From: Anaerolineales bacterium | GTDB taxonomy: Bacteria > Chloroflexota > Anaerolineae > Anaerolineales > Villigracilaceae | Assembly (NCBI GenBank): GCA_034436015.1 | Contig: DAOTWG010000004.1 | Location: 2,566-66,565, forward strand | DNA length: 64,000 bases | Reading direction: 5' to 3' | Translations under genes and position numbers: made by a program | Notes under the pieces: model-generated | Told to the model about the DNA's origin: nothing | The model's input: only the letters and a program-made list of their open reading frames with translations | The model's database searches: none | Part shown: one piece after another, positions 35,898-45,758 of the stretch | Layout: each line of letters begins with the position of its first letter | Numbering within the stretch: the first letter of the stretch is position 1

Positions 35898-37874
35898 ATG
35901 CCACAGGCCGATATCCTGCTCAGGAATGCCATCGTCTTGACCATGGACGAGCAAACGACCTGGTATGAACACGGAGCAGTTGCCGTAGGAAAAGACAGCA
36001 TTCTCGCCGTCGGGGACGAATCGGAACTCGCTGCCGTGTACGAAGCTTCGCAGGTCATGGATTGCAAGGGAAAAGTGTTGATGCCCGGCCTTATCAACGC
36101 GCACACCCACGTCCCCATGACCCTGCTGCGCGGGCTGGCTGACGATTTGCGCCTGGATGTCTGGCTGATGGGATACATGATGCCGGTGGAGCGCAAGTTC
36201 GTCTCGCCGGAATTCGTCCGGCTGGGCACACAACTGGCCTGTGCGGAACTGATTCGCAGCGGCGTGACTTGCTTCGCGGACATGTACTATTTCGAGGAAG
36301 AAGTTGCCAGAGCCACGGCCGAGGCCGGCCTGCGCGCGCTCTGCTCACAAACGGCGCTCAAATTCCCCGCTCCCGACGCCGGTTCCTATGAGGATGCCCT
36401 GGAGCGCGCGCGCGAATTCATTCAGCACTGGAAAGGCCATCCTCTCATTGTCCCCTCTGTCGCTCCGCACGCTCCATACACCTGCACACCTGAAATCCTG
36501 CGCGCGACAGCAGAACTGGCCGCCGAATTCGACGTGCCTCTCCACACCCACCTCGCCGAGACCGCCCTCGAAGTAGAAACCATGCGCCGTGAACAAGGAA
36601 TGCCCGTAATTCCCTATGTCAAAAAACAGGGATTATTCGGGGCGCGCGTACTCGCCGCCCATTGCGTCCACGTAGACGAAGGGGAAATGCGCACCATGCT
36701 TCATGCCGGCGCGGGGGTAGCGCACAACCCATCCTCGAACTTAAAGCTGGCCTCCGGATTCGCGCCCGTTGCCAAGATGTTAGAAGTTGGTCTGAACGTG
36801 GGAATCGGCACCGATGGCGCTGCCTCGAACAACGACCTGGACATGTTCGAGGAGATCCGCCTCGCCGCTTTGATCGCCAAGGCAAGCAGCGGCGACCCAA
36901 CATCACTGCCGGCAACACAGGCGCTGCTGCTAGCTACCCGCATCGGCGCGCAGGCGCTTTTCCTGGACAACATCACCGGCTCGCTGGAAGCCGGCAAACG
37001 CGCCGACCTCCTCTTACTAGACCTATCTTCCCTGCACCACTCACCACGTTTCCGCCGCGATGAGAACAGTCCCTACGCGCAAATCGTGTATGCTGCCAAG
37101 GCCTGCGACGTGACCGATGTCATGGTCAACGGTCGCTGGTTGATGCGCGAGCGTCGGTTGTTGACTCTGGACGAAACCTCGCTCGTGCAAGCCGCGCAAG
37201 AGTACGCTCGCCGCATTGATGCTTTCCTTATCGAACGCGAGCGCTCTGTCTACTCCAAACTGATTGCCCTAGGAGGCTCACAGGAGGAAGAATCGTACGA
37301 GGTGCAACTCAAGGTTGCCATCCGCGAAGCGGAAGGCGTGCTGGCCGCTCTGCGTCGGCCGGAGATTGAAATTGTACGTCACAAGCACTACCACCAGCAC
37401 GATGTCTACTTCCACTTTGCCGACCCGAATCAAGGGCGCTTACGTTACCGCGAAGATGAGTTGATTGACCCTCGCGGCGAAATCCAAAGTGTGCGCGCTC
37501 GCCTGACCCTGATTGGCCCGGCGCGTGAAGCCGAATTGGGGCAACAGGTTATCCTCTCGCGCATCCGTTACTTCGCTCCGGCGACGAACAGCCTGCGCTT
37601 CTACCGCGAATACTTCAAACCGGCCGGCGAAACCCCGATTGACAAAGACCGCTTGCGCTGGCTCGTGCGCTATCAGAACACGGAATTTTACGTCAATCTC
37701 GATCGCGTCGAGAATCCACCGCTGGGATATTATCTGGAAATCAAATCGCGTACCTGGAGCCGCAAGGACGCCGAACGCAAAGCACAACTCGCCGCGCAAC
37801 TATTACAGTTCCTGGGAGGCACACCACAAGCCGCCATCCGACAGGACTACGTGGAACTCATCACGCGCAACTGA
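35898..37874 (+). CDS. mtaD: 5-methylthioadenosine/S-adenosylhomocysteine deaminase-type amidohydrolase fused to a C-terminal CYTH (class IV adenylyl cyclase/triphosphatase-like) domain
   Basis: The N-terminal ~440 aa carry AHTHVPMTLLRGLADD, HTHLAET, AHCVH, NPSSNLKLASG and GTDGAASNNDLDM. The C-terminal ~195 aa (from about 37290) carry YEVQLKV, HQHDVYF..RLRYRED, ARLTLIGP and GYYLEIKS, which align to CyaB/CYTH. Confidence 0.85.
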   Translation: MPQADILLRNAIVLTMDEQTTWYEHGAVAVGKDSILAVGDESELAAVYEASQVMDCKGKVLMPGLINAHTHVPMTLLRGLADDLRLDVWLMGYMMPVERKFVSPEFVRLGTQLACAELIRSGVTCFADMYYFEEEVARATAEAGLRALCSQTALKFPAPDAGSYEDALERAREFIQHWKGHPLIVPSVAPHAPYTCTPEILRATAELAAEFDVPLHTHLAETALEVETMRREQGMPVIPYVKKQGLFGARVLAAHCVHVDEGEMRTMLHAGAGVAHNPSSNLKLASGFAPVAKMLEVGLNVGIGTDGAASNNDLDMFEEIRLAALIAKASSGDPTSLPATQALLLATRIGAQALFLDNITGSLEAGKRADLLLLDLSSLHHSPRFRRDENSPYAQIVYAAKACDVTDVMVNGRWLMRERRLLTLDETSLVQAAQEYARRIDAFLIERERSVYSKLIALGGSQEEESYEVQLKVAIREAEGVLAALRRPEIEIVRHKHYHQHDVYFHFADPNQGRLRYREDELIDPRGEIQSVRARLTLIGPAREAELGQQVILSRIRYFAPATNSLRFYREYFKPAGETPIDKDRLRWLVRYQNTEFYVNLDRVENPPLGYYLEIKSRTWSRKDAERKAQLAAQLLQFLGGTPQAAIRQDYVELITRN

Positions 37875-37928
37875 GTTCCCCTCTCGTGTCCAACGAAACC
37901 CAAGCGACCCCTCCATAGCTTTTAAGGG

Positions 37929-37946
37929 ATGTGATGTTTTTCACAT
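37929..37946. promoter_or_regulatory. perfect CRP-type palindrome ATGTGA-N6-TCACAT
   Basis: TGTGA (37930-37934), TGTTTT, TCACA (37941-37945). It is intergenic, about 30 nt upstream of the candidate argF -35. Confidence 0.4.
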
Positions 37947-37967
37947 AGCAGTCAGCTTGTTCCTCAC

Positions 37968-37996
37968 TTGACGGAAAATCGGTTTGCGTGGATACT
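37968..37996 (+). promoter_or_regulatory. promoter candidate for argF
   Basis: TTGACG (37968-37973), 17-nt spacer, GATACT (37991-37996). The ATG at 38021 has an AGAGGA RBS. Confidence 0.35.
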
Positions 37997-38020
37997 TAAT
38001 TTGTCATACAAGAGGACAAG

Positions 38021-38950
38021 ATGCCCCCGCGACATTTTCTTGCTATTGCCGATTACTCGCCGGCAGAAATTCAAGAACTGCTCGACCTTGCCGTCGCCCT
38101 CAAACAGGAGTATTTTGCCGGCGGCAATCCGCCTCTGCTCCAAGGCAAAGTGCTGGGAATGATTTTTCAAAAACCCAGCCTGCGGACGCGCGTGTCGTTC
38201 GATATGGCCATGCGTCACTTAGGAGGAGATGCGCTCTATCTGTCCCCGCAAGAGGTTGGCCTGGGACAACGGGAGGCGATTGCGGATGTGGCGCGCGTCC
38301 TTTCCGGCTATGTCCACGCCATCATGGCGCGCGTTTTCGACTACGCGCATATCTTGGAACTGGCACGCTGGTCTTCTGTCCCCGTGATCAATGGATTGAG
38401 CGATTACAACCACCCTTGCCAAGCACTGGCCGATGCTCTGACCATTCAAGAACGCTTCGGCCGCGCGCCCGGTCTAAACGTAACATTCGTCGGCGACGGC
38501 AACAATGTCGCGGTATCGCTGATGCACATCTGCGCCAAACTCGGATGGAATTTCACCATCGCCTGTCCCCCGGGTTACGATTTGAACCCCCAAGCGGTCG
38601 AAATGGCAAAGGAGTTCGCGGCAGCCTCGGGCAGCCGGCTACGTTTCCTGCGCGATCCGCACGAGGCGGCGCGCGGCGCGCAGGTGATCTATACCGACAC
38701 CTGGATTAGTATGGGGCAAGAGGAGGAAACGGAAAAACGCTTGGCGGTTTTCCCGCCCTATCAAGTCAACGCGCAGTTGGTCGCAGAGGCAGACAACGAG
38801 GTAATCGTGATGCACTGTCTTCCGGCACACCGCAATCAGGAACTGACCGATGAGGTCGCCGATGGCCCGCATTCGGTCATTTTCCAACAGGCGCACAACC
38901 GCCTTCATGCACAGAAAGCGATTCTGGTTCGCTTGTTGGACGCGAGGTGA
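38021..38950 (+). CDS. argF: ornithine carbamoyltransferase
   Basis: [17 protein letters not shown] and HCLPAHR motifs. 309 aa. Confidence 0.95.
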   Translation: MPPRHFLAIADYSPAEIQELLDLAVALKQEYFAGGNPPLLQGKVLGMIFQKPSLRTRVSFDMAMRHLGGDALYLSPQEVGLGQREAIADVARVLSGYVHAIMARVFDYAHILELARWSSVPVINGLSDYNHPCQALADALTIQERFGRAPGLNVTFVGDGNNVAVSLMHICAKLGWNFTIACPPGYDLNPQAVEMAKEFAAASGSRLRFLRDPHEAARGAQVIYTDTWISMGQEEETEKRLAVFPPYQVNAQLVAEADNEVIVMHCLPAHRNQELTDEVADGPHSVIFQQAHNRLHAQKAILVRLLDAR

Positions 38951-39071
38951 TCCTGCACCCAGGCATTTCGAGAAATTCCTACCGTCTCTGCTCACCTACA
39001 CAGGGCGTTTCTAGAGACCCAGCGCAGAGGCGGTTTTTCATGTCCATATTACTGACGAATCGGATGGCGTG

Positions 39072-40274
39072 ATGCGATCTCGGGATTACATTGCTCTGGA
39101 AGAACAATATGGCGCGCACAACTATCGTCCGTTGGATGTCGTCCTGACGCGCGGCGAGGGGGTTTGGGTATACGATGTGGAGGGTCGCAAGTACCTGGAC
39201 TGGTTGAGCGCCTACTCGGCGCTCAACCAGGGGCACGTGCATCCGAAAATCCTGGCCGCGTTTCAGGAGCAGGCAGCCCGTCTTACACTAACCTCGCGCG
39301 CGTTCTACAACGATCAACTCCCTTTATTCTACAAAGAGATTTCCGAGCTGACAGGTTATGAACGCGCATTGCCCATGAACAGCGGCGCGGAAGCAATAGA
39401 AACCGCTCTGAAACTGGCGCGCAAATGGGGATACTGCGTCAAAGGCGTGCCGCGTTATCAGGCCGAAATCATCGTCTGCGCCGACAACTTTCACGGACGG
39501 ACGATCACCACGATCTCGATGTCCACAGAGCCGCTTTACCGCCGGGAATTCGGCCCGTTTACCCCAGGGTTCGTGACGGTACCCTTCGGGGATGCGCAAG
39601 CCCTGGAAAAAGCCATTACGCCAAACACGGTCGCCTTTCTGGTGGAGCCGATTCAAGGGGAAGGGGGAGTCCTTGTCCCGCCGGCCGGCTACCTTCACGC
39701 CGCCGCTGAGATCTGTCGAAAACATCGGGTGCTGTTCCTCGCAGACGAGATTCAAACCGGTCTGGGACGTACGGGGAAACTCTTCGCCTGCCAGCACGAG
39801 GCAGTGCGCCCAGACATCACGATCATCGGCAAGGCGCTTGGGGGCGGTTTCTATCCCGTCTCCGCTATCCTGGCCGATTCCTCCCTGCTGGACCTGTTCA
39901 CGCCTGGGGAGCACGGCTCAACCTTTGGCGGCAATCCCTTGGCGGCAGCCGTCGCGCGTGCAGCATTGCGGGTCCTTGTGGAAGAACGACTTCCTGAACG
40001 CGCGGCGGCCCTAGGCGAATACCTTATGGAACATTTGGTCGAGATTCCCAGCCCCCACGTAAAAGAAGTGCGTGGCAAAGGATTACTAATTGGTATAGAA
40101 TTGAAGAAAGAAACCGACCCGGCAAGAGTATTTTGTGAGAAACTGCGCGCGGAGAGTATCCTAGTTAAGGACACCCGCGAACGCGTGATTCGCCTCGCGC
40201 CTCCGTTGACCATTGAGCAAGAGACGATCGACTGGGCGCTGCCGCGAATCCGCCGGGTTCTCATGGCTCCGTAA
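39072..40274 (+). CDS. rocD: ornithine--oxo-acid aminotransferase
   Basis: [48 protein letters not shown] is the OAT-type N-terminus. Class-III aminotransferase length. GTG at 39069 is an alternative start. Confidence 0.88.
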   Translation: MRSRDYIALEEQYGAHNYRPLDVVLTRGEGVWVYDVEGRKYLDWLSAYSALNQGHVHPKILAAFQEQAARLTLTSRAFYNDQLPLFYKEISELTGYERALPMNSGAEAIETALKLARKWGYCVKGVPRYQAEIIVCADNFHGRTITTISMSTEPLYRREFGPFTPGFVTVPFGDAQALEKAITPNTVAFLVEPIQGEGGVLVPPAGYLHAAAEICRKHRVLFLADEIQTGLGRTGKLFACQHEAVRPDITIIGKALGGGFYPVSAILADSSLLDLFTPGEHGSTFGGNPLAAAVARAALRVLVEERLPERAAALGEYLMEHLVEIPSPHVKEVRGKGLLIGIELKKETDPARVFCEKLRAESILVKDTRERVIRLAPPLTIEQETIDWALPRIRRVLMAP

Positions 40275-40331
40275 AATCGCTGCCAGCGCGTCAGAGGCGC
40301 GCGATAGTTTATGCAAGTTTGGAGGATGATT

Positions 40332-41426
40332 ATGAATATCGGTATTCCAAAGGAGCACAGACCGAACGAGTTTCGCGTCGGTCTCTCGCCGGCTGGCGTG
40401 GAATTGCTTTGCCAGCACGGCCATACAGTATATGTGGAACACGATGCCGGTCTGGGAGCCGGCTTCACGGATCAAGAGTACGAACGCGCCGGAGCGCAAA
40501 TCGTTTACGCCACGCACGAACTGTTTATGCGTTCGAATCTGATCCTAAAAGTCAGCCGCCCAACGCAAGAAGAGGTGGAAATGATGCCGGTCGGGGCAGC
40601 CGTGGCCGGTCTGTTGCATTTGGCGGCCGCGCCGCGCGAACGCGTGGAAACGCTCTTGCAACGCAAGATTACCACGATTGCCTATGAGCAAATCCGCGAG
40701 GCGGATGATTCCTTGCCGGTACTGCGTCCCTTTAGTCAAATTTGCGGTACTATGACGGCGACGATCGCGGCGCGTCTGCTACAATCGGATCAAGGCGGTA
40801 AGGGAACGCTGCTGGGAGGAATCCCCGGCGTGCCTCCGGCGGAAGTGGTCATTCTTGGCGCAGGCGTGGCCGGATGTTGTGCACAGCGCGCCTTCAGCGG
40901 ACTGGGCGCACACGTAACAATGCTAGATATGAACATGAAGGCGCTTCAGCGTGTCGCTGAACGCACACCTGCGCCCGTGACCATGATCGCTACCCGTCGT
41001 AACATTGAGCGTGCTTGCGCCTATGCCGATGTCGTGGTCTGCGCTGTACTCGTACCGGGACAACGTGCTCCCATCGTAGTCCCAAGAGAAATCGTCCAGA
41101 AAATGAGGCCTCGCTCGGTCATCATTGATTTGAGTATTGACCAGGGAGGCGGTGTGGAAACTTCACGCCCAACGACGCATCAGCAGCCAACCTATGTGGA
41201 AGAGGGCATTATTCATTACTGCGTTCCGAACATCCCCAGCGTTGCAGCGCGCGCCGCGACGCACGCGTTCGTCAACGCGGCCATGGAATACCTTTTGACC
41301 CTAGCCGATAGCGGAATCGAACAGGCAATTACAGAAAATCTCGCATTGTCCAGAGCGGTATGCACCTATGCCGGACAATTGCGTAATCTTACCCTACTGA
41401 GTGGAGGCACTCATGGATTGGAATAG
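40332..41426 (+). CDS. ald: alanine dehydrogenase family protein
   Basis: ATG 40332 with [49 protein letters not shown] and DLSIDQGG retain the AlaDH catalytic and NAD-binding positions. Confidence 0.85.
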   Translation: MNIGIPKEHRPNEFRVGLSPAGVELLCQHGHTVYVEHDAGLGAGFTDQEYERAGAQIVYATHELFMRSNLILKVSRPTQEEVEMMPVGAAVAGLLHLAAAPRERVETLLQRKITTIAYEQIREADDSLPVLRPFSQICGTMTATIAARLLQSDQGGKGTLLGGIPGVPPAEVVILGAGVAGCCAQRAFSGLGAHVTMLDMNMKALQRVAERTPAPVTMIATRRNIERACAYADVVVCAVLVPGQRAPIVVPREIVQKMRPRSVIIDLSIDQGGGVETSRPTTHQQPTYVEEGIIHYCVPNIPSVAARAATHAFVNAAMEYLLTLADSGIEQAITENLALSRAVCTYAGQLRNLTLLSGGTHGLE

Positions 41427-42723
41427 CATTTATCGTTCGCGCGTGACCTCTGCCGAAGAGGCTATACGTGCCATCAAACCGGGGAATCGGGTTTTTATGA
41501 CCGGCAACGCTTCGGTTCCGCAGAAGCTGCTGGCCGCGCTGGTGGACTATGCTCCGGAGCTGCACGATGTGGAAATCTGCCAGGCGTTATCGGTTGGACC
41601 AGCAGATTACGTACGCCCGGGCATGGAGAAGCACATTCGCGTCAACTCGATGTTCATCAGCGCCAACGTGCGCCAGGCCATCTGGGAAGGCCGGGCCGAT
41701 TTCACGCCGGTACTTCTTTCCGAGTTTCCCTTGCTTTTCAAGAACAAAGTGCTGCCGGTAGATGTAGCGCTTGTGCATGTCTCCCCGCCCGATGAACACG
41801 GCTTCTGTTCCTTCGGCGTCGAAGTCGGGCCGACGAAGTCGCCGGCCGAATCGGCCAACATTATCATCGCCGAGGTCAACGAGCAAATGCCGCGCACGTT
41901 GGGCGATTCTTTCATCCACGTCAGCCGTCTGAACTACATCGTGCCGGTGGACTACCCGCTTCCCGAGGTTGTCATGAACGAGGGGAAGGACGATGAGGTC
42001 GTGCGCAAGATCGCAGAGTATACGGCCGAGTTAATTCCAGACAACGCCACCATGCAGATGGGCATTGGCGCTATTCCGGATACCATCCTGTCGTTTCTCG
42101 ATAACAAGAAAGATCTAGGAATCCACACGGAACTCTTCTCCGATGGCGTGGTGCGGCTGGTGGAGGCCGGCGTCATTACCAACGCGCGCAAGACGCTCCA
42201 CCCAGGTAAAATCGTGGTCGGCTTCCTGATCGGCACGCAGAAACTCTACCGCTGGGCGCACAACAACCCCTTGTGCGAATTTCACCCCACAGAATACATT
42301 AACGACCCGTTCGTGATTGCCCAAAACGAACGCATGGTGGCGATTAACTCCGCGATCGAAATTGACTTAACCGGTCAGGTCTGCGCCGATAGCATTGGCC
42401 CCAAGTTCTTCAGCGGAGTCGGCGGGCAACTGGATTTCATCTATGGCGCCTCGCGTTCTAAAGGTGGCAAGCCGATTATCGCCATGCCCAGCACAACCAT
42501 CGGTAAAGACGGTAAACTGATCAGCAAAATTGTGGCTACCCTGAAGCCGGGCGCAGGCGTGGTGACAACGCGCAATCATGTCCACTACCTTGTGACCGAA
42601 TATGGCATAGCCGACTTGTACGGCAAATCCATTCGTCAGCGAGCGCACGCACTGATCAACATTGCCCATCCCGACTTTCGCGATGATCTGAGAAAACAGG
42701 CAAAGGAATTAAACTGGATTTAA
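41413..42723 (+). CDS. acetyl-CoA hydrolase/transferase family protein (4-hydroxybutyrate CoA-transferase-like)
   Basis: ATG 41413 with GGAGG RBS. Overlaps ald by 14 nt. [18 protein letters not shown] and GVGGQLDF motifs. Confidence 0.85.
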   Translation: MDWNSIYRSRVTSAEEAIRAIKPGNRVFMTGNASVPQKLLAALVDYAPELHDVEICQALSVGPADYVRPGMEKHIRVNSMFISANVRQAIWEGRADFTPVLLSEFPLLFKNKVLPVDVALVHVSPPDEHGFCSFGVEVGPTKSPAESANIIIAEVNEQMPRTLGDSFIHVSRLNYIVPVDYPLPEVVMNEGKDDEVVRKIAEYTAELIPDNATMQMGIGAIPDTILSFLDNKKDLGIHTELFSDGVVRLVEAGVITNARKTLHPGKIVVGFLIGTQKLYRWAHNNPLCEFHPTEYINDPFVIAQNERMVAINSAIEIDLTGQVCADSIGPKFFSGVGGQLDFIYGASRSKGGKPIIAMPSTTIGKDGKLISKIVATLKPGAGVVTTRNHVHYLVTEYGIADLYGKSIRQRAHALINIAHPDFRDDLRKQAKELNWI

Positions 42724-42728
42724 GTCTC

Positions 42729-44168
42729 ATGGGACGGCGAGCAAAAATCATCGCCACGATCGGGCCAGCCTGCCAAGATGAGGCGACATTAGAACGGATG
42801 ATACTGGCCGGGATGGATGTGGCGCGCTTGAACTTCTCCCACGGCGACCACGACACGCATGCTACATGGGCCTCGCGCCTGCGCTCCATAGCTGCTCGTC
42901 TAGGACGGCCGCTGGCTATTCTGCAAGACTTGCAGGGGCCAAAGATTCGGGTTGGCAGCCTGCCGCATCCACTGGCCCTGGCCGCCGGCCAGGAAATTGC
43001 GCTCTACCCGGCAGGAAGCAAGGCGGTCGCCTTCGCGGAAGTCTCGCCCTCGATTCCGGTGGATTTCGCCGAGCTGTTCAACGCCGTCCGGCCCGGCGAC
43101 CGCATCTTGCTCGACGATGGACGAGTAGCGTTGCGAGTCGAACAGACAAGGCCGGATGGCATTTCCGCACGCGTCGAGATAGGCGGCATGCTTTCCTCCC
43201 ACAAAGGCATCAACCTGCCAGGCATAACCCTGGATATTCCGGCTTTCACAGAGAAGGATGCCGCCGATCTGGCTTTTGCTCTGTCGTTAGACATCGAGGC
43301 GGTTGCCATTTCCTTCGTCCGCCGGCCAGAGGATGTCTTGCAGGTGCGCCAGGCGATCGCGGAAAGCGCGCCGAGGCAGCCGCCAATGGTAATCGCCAAG
43401 TTGGAACGCCCAGAGGCGCTGGACCACCTGGATGCCATTCTAGAGGTGGCCGACGGCGTCATGGTAGCACGCGGGGATTTGGGCGTAGAGATGTCTCCGG
43501 AGGATGTCCCTGGCGTGCAAAAGCGCGTCGTGCGCGCGGCCAATCGCAAAGGGAAAGTTGTCATCACAGCCACGCAGATGCTCGAATCCATGATTCACAA
43601 CCCGCTGCCAACGAGGGCGGAAACTTCCGACGTAGCCAATGCCATCTTCGACGGCGCCGACGCCGTGATGCTTTCCGGCGAGACCGCTGTGGGAAAGTAT
43701 CCCTTGCAGGCTGTCCAAATGATGGATCGCATCATCTGTCAGGCAGAGGCAGATTTCAATGAATGGGGGAGAAAAAGGGAATGGGTAGTAGATGCGTGGG
43801 ACGATGCCTTAGCGGTAACGCGTGCGGCTTGCGAACTGGCAGAGGATAGAGATGTGACAGCAATCGCCGTGTTCACGCGCGGTGGCCGCTCTGCCTGGTT
43901 AATGGCACGGGCGCGTCCGCGCGTGCCCGTGCTGGCGTTTACTTCAGAGAAATCCATCTACCGGCAACTGGCTTTGGCGTGGGGCGTAGAAGCGCACATG
44001 GTGCCGTTCGTCAATACCGTAGATGAGATGGTAATCTGCATTGAGAACGCTTTGCGCGCCAGCGGTCGCGTCCAGGCCGGTCAACAGGTCGTCCTCGTCT
44101 GCGGCTATCCGGTGGGTGAACTCCGGCCGCCGAATATGGCTCTGCTGCATACTATTCAGCAAGGGTAA
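42729..44168 (+). CDS. pyk: pyruvate kinase
   Basis: KIIATIGPA..MDVARLNFSHG, KLERPEA and MVARGDLGVE motifs. 479 aa. Confidence 0.95.
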   Translation: MGRRAKIIATIGPACQDEATLERMILAGMDVARLNFSHGDHDTHATWASRLRSIAARLGRPLAILQDLQGPKIRVGSLPHPLALAAGQEIALYPAGSKAVAFAEVSPSIPVDFAELFNAVRPGDRILLDDGRVALRVEQTRPDGISARVEIGGMLSSHKGINLPGITLDIPAFTEKDAADLAFALSLDIEAVAISFVRRPEDVLQVRQAIAESAPRQPPMVIAKLERPEALDHLDAILEVADGVMVARGDLGVEMSPEDVPGVQKRVVRAANRKGKVVITATQMLESMIHNPLPTRAETSDVANAIFDGADAVMLSGETAVGKYPLQAVQMMDRIICQAEADFNEWGRKREWVVDAWDDALAVTRAACELAEDRDVTAIAVFTRGGRSAWLMARARPRVPVLAFTSEKSIYRQLALAWGVEAHMVPFVNTVDEMVICIENALRASGRVQAGQQVVLVCGYPVGELRPPNMALLHTIQQG

Positions 44169-44183
44169 TCGCCAACAGAATCG

Positions 44184-44216
44184 CCTCGGGGCCGCTTGGG
44201 TATGACGGCCCCGAGG
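44184..44216. terminator. GC-rich hairpin between convergent genes
   Basis: CCTCGGGGCCG / CGGCCCCGAGG 11-bp stem with an 11-nt loop. No clear U-tract on either strand. Confidence 0.4.
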
Positions 44217-44259
44217 GAGGCGAAAACGAATGTCAAAGAGGCTTGCCTGACCTTGCCTG

Positions 44260-45084
44260 TCATTTCCGTGTTTGGTCGGCCTGCGGCCAAGGAATCTCCA
44301 CCGGTTTGGTATAGCCGTGCTTCTCAACGGCATAGAGCCAGCCTTTCGAGGAGGCAGAACATCCTGGTTCATCGGTTACTGTGTAGGTAGTATGGTACTG
44401 GTCTGGTAGTGAAACGGTCCACCAGAGATAAGTGCCGTTTTGACAAACCCAGGCCTCGATAAAGTAGCCGCGGTCGTCGTCCTCCGTCATCCAGACCTCA
44501 TTCCAGCGAATCGTGACCTCGTTCCCCTCGCGATAGGCGCGCACACCGCTGGGCGGTTCATACAGGACGCTCGGTCCAGGCAGGCGCACTTCCTGATAGA
44601 CCAGGCGGGTAATATCGCCCTCCACCTCCACTACAGAAGGCGACACCCAGCAAGCATAATGAATCTTGTCCGGTCGCACGTAAAGCCAATTACTATAACG
44701 AAAGCGACCCCATACGAGGCCTGTATCCCCCTTGTAAAGATCGGCAGCGTGCAAGTATGCCTTGGAAGGCCCATAGCGGCAATGCGCCTGCATTTTCACG
44801 CGGAAGGTGGGGAAAGCAAAGGTGGGGGTCGGCGTGATGGTCGGTGTGGCCGTGTCGGTGGGAGTGAGTGTAAAGGTAAACGTAGCGCTCGGCGTGAAGG
44901 TGAACGTCGGAGTAAAGGTAGAAGTTGGGGTAAAGGTGTTCGTTGGGGTCAAGGTGAAGGTGGGGGTTGGCGTATGAGTTGGCGCAAAGAGAGGCAACCG
45001 CGACGGAGTACACGCAGCGGAGAACAAAACGATGACCAGGCCAAGCCAAAGTCCGGGAAAGGGCTGCAAGGAAGAGAGTCGCAT
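44260..45084 (-). CDS. secreted/lipoprotein-like hypothetical protein with Thr-Pro-Phe repeat linker
   Basis: ATG 45084 (MRLSSLQPFPGLWLGLVIVLFSAAC...). After the TP(F) low-complexity linker there are SH3-like and FN3-like-looking segments. No confident family. Confidence 0.6.
   Translation of the reverse strand: MRLSSLQPFPGLWLGLVIVLFSAACTPSRLPLFAPTHTPTPTFTLTPTNTFTPTSTFTPTFTFTPSATFTFTLTPTDTATPTITPTPTFAFPTFRVKMQAHCRYGPSKAYLHAADLYKGDTGLVWGRFRYSNWLYVRPDKIHYACWVSPSVVEVEGDITRLVYQEVRLPGPSVLYEPPSGVRAYREGNEVTIRWNEVWMTEDDDRGYFIEAWVCQNGTYLWWTVSLPDQYHTTYTVTDEPGCSASSKGWLYAVEKHGYTKPVEIPWPQADQTRK
44818..44979. repeat. low-complexity coding repeat (T-P-T-F units)
   Basis: On the minus strand it encodes THTPTPTFTLTPTNTFTPTSTFTPTFTFTPSATFTFTLTPTDTATPTITPTPTF. 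Confidence 0.8.
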
Positions 45085-45231
45085 CGGTATCCTAGGAAAA
45101 CGCAAGTCAACTACACAAATCCACGCCCGATGGGAAACCACGTTGCTTCTTCGAGCACTGTTCTGGTTGCACACTACGGGCCAAAGATTTGTAGCACACG
45201 TAGGACAGAAGGAATATGACCGAACAAGACA

Positions 45232-45654
45232 CTAGGGTACGACCACTTTGCACTCGTACCACTGCGCGACCGTGACGCCGCCTTTAAAACGCGCCGCGAC
45301 CACGAAACTCAGGGGCACGCCGTCGGCAAAAGCGGCTGTTGTGGAATCTTTGCCGCGCAGAGTCAGATACAACGTCGCCGACGTCCCACGGCCGGCCCGA
45401 TCGTTCCCTTCAAAAACCACGTAGCGCCCCGGATACTGGGGAGCCGGCATCGCCACTGCGAAAAGGTATTCGGCTTCACTGGTTACCCGAATCGCAATCG
45501 TGTACGTCTCGCCAACGTTCAAGGCGGCGGGAAGAGGGGTAAGCAGGTCAAAGGAGACCAGCGGCGAGGAAGGTGGTTGCGGCGCCGCGGCGACCGGAAC
45601 CGGCGCCAATCCGAAAACAAAGGCCAGAGCCAGAAGACGAGCAAGCAACCTCAT
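45232..45654 (-). CDS. small secreted hypothetical protein
   Basis: 140 aa. Signal peptide MRLLARLLALAFVFGLAPVPVAAAP. Composition rich in beta-strand-favouring residues. No family recognised. Confidence 0.6.
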   Translation of the reverse strand: MRLLARLLALAFVFGLAPVPVAAAPQPPSSPLVSFDLLTPLPAALNVGETYTIAIRVTSEAEYLFAVAMPAPQYPGRYVVFEGNDRAGRGTSATLYLTLRGKDSTTAAFADGVPLSFVVAARFKGGVTVAQWYECKVVVP

Positions 45655-45693
45655 GACAACCTCCTCTCCATAACATACCGAGAAATTAACCTC

Positions 45694-45721
45694 TTGTCAT
45701 TTTGGTATATTGTACTATACT
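45694..45721 (+). promoter_or_regulatory. promoter candidate for the ATP-grasp gene
   Basis: TTGTCA (45694-45699), 16-nt spacer, TATACT (45716-45721). Confidence 0.4.
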
Positions 45722-45758
45722 ACAACACAGAAAAAATCTTCTTTTTCGGAGGCACACC

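Noticed and set aside
37929-37946. The ATGTGA/TCACAT inverted repeat as the transcription terminator of the mtaD-CYTH gene
   Set aside because: The stem is only 6 bp and AT-rich, and no U-tract follows. A protein-binding (CRP-type) site is the better explanation, so it is reported as such.
37984-38709. 241-aa plus-strand ORF overlapping argF in another frame
   Set aside because: argF in the 38021 frame has all the OTCase motifs. The alternative frame is Arg-rich nonsense.
42866-43762. 298-aa alternative-frame ORF inside pyk
   Set aside because: It is out of frame with a canonical pyruvate kinase and has extreme Arg/Gly content.
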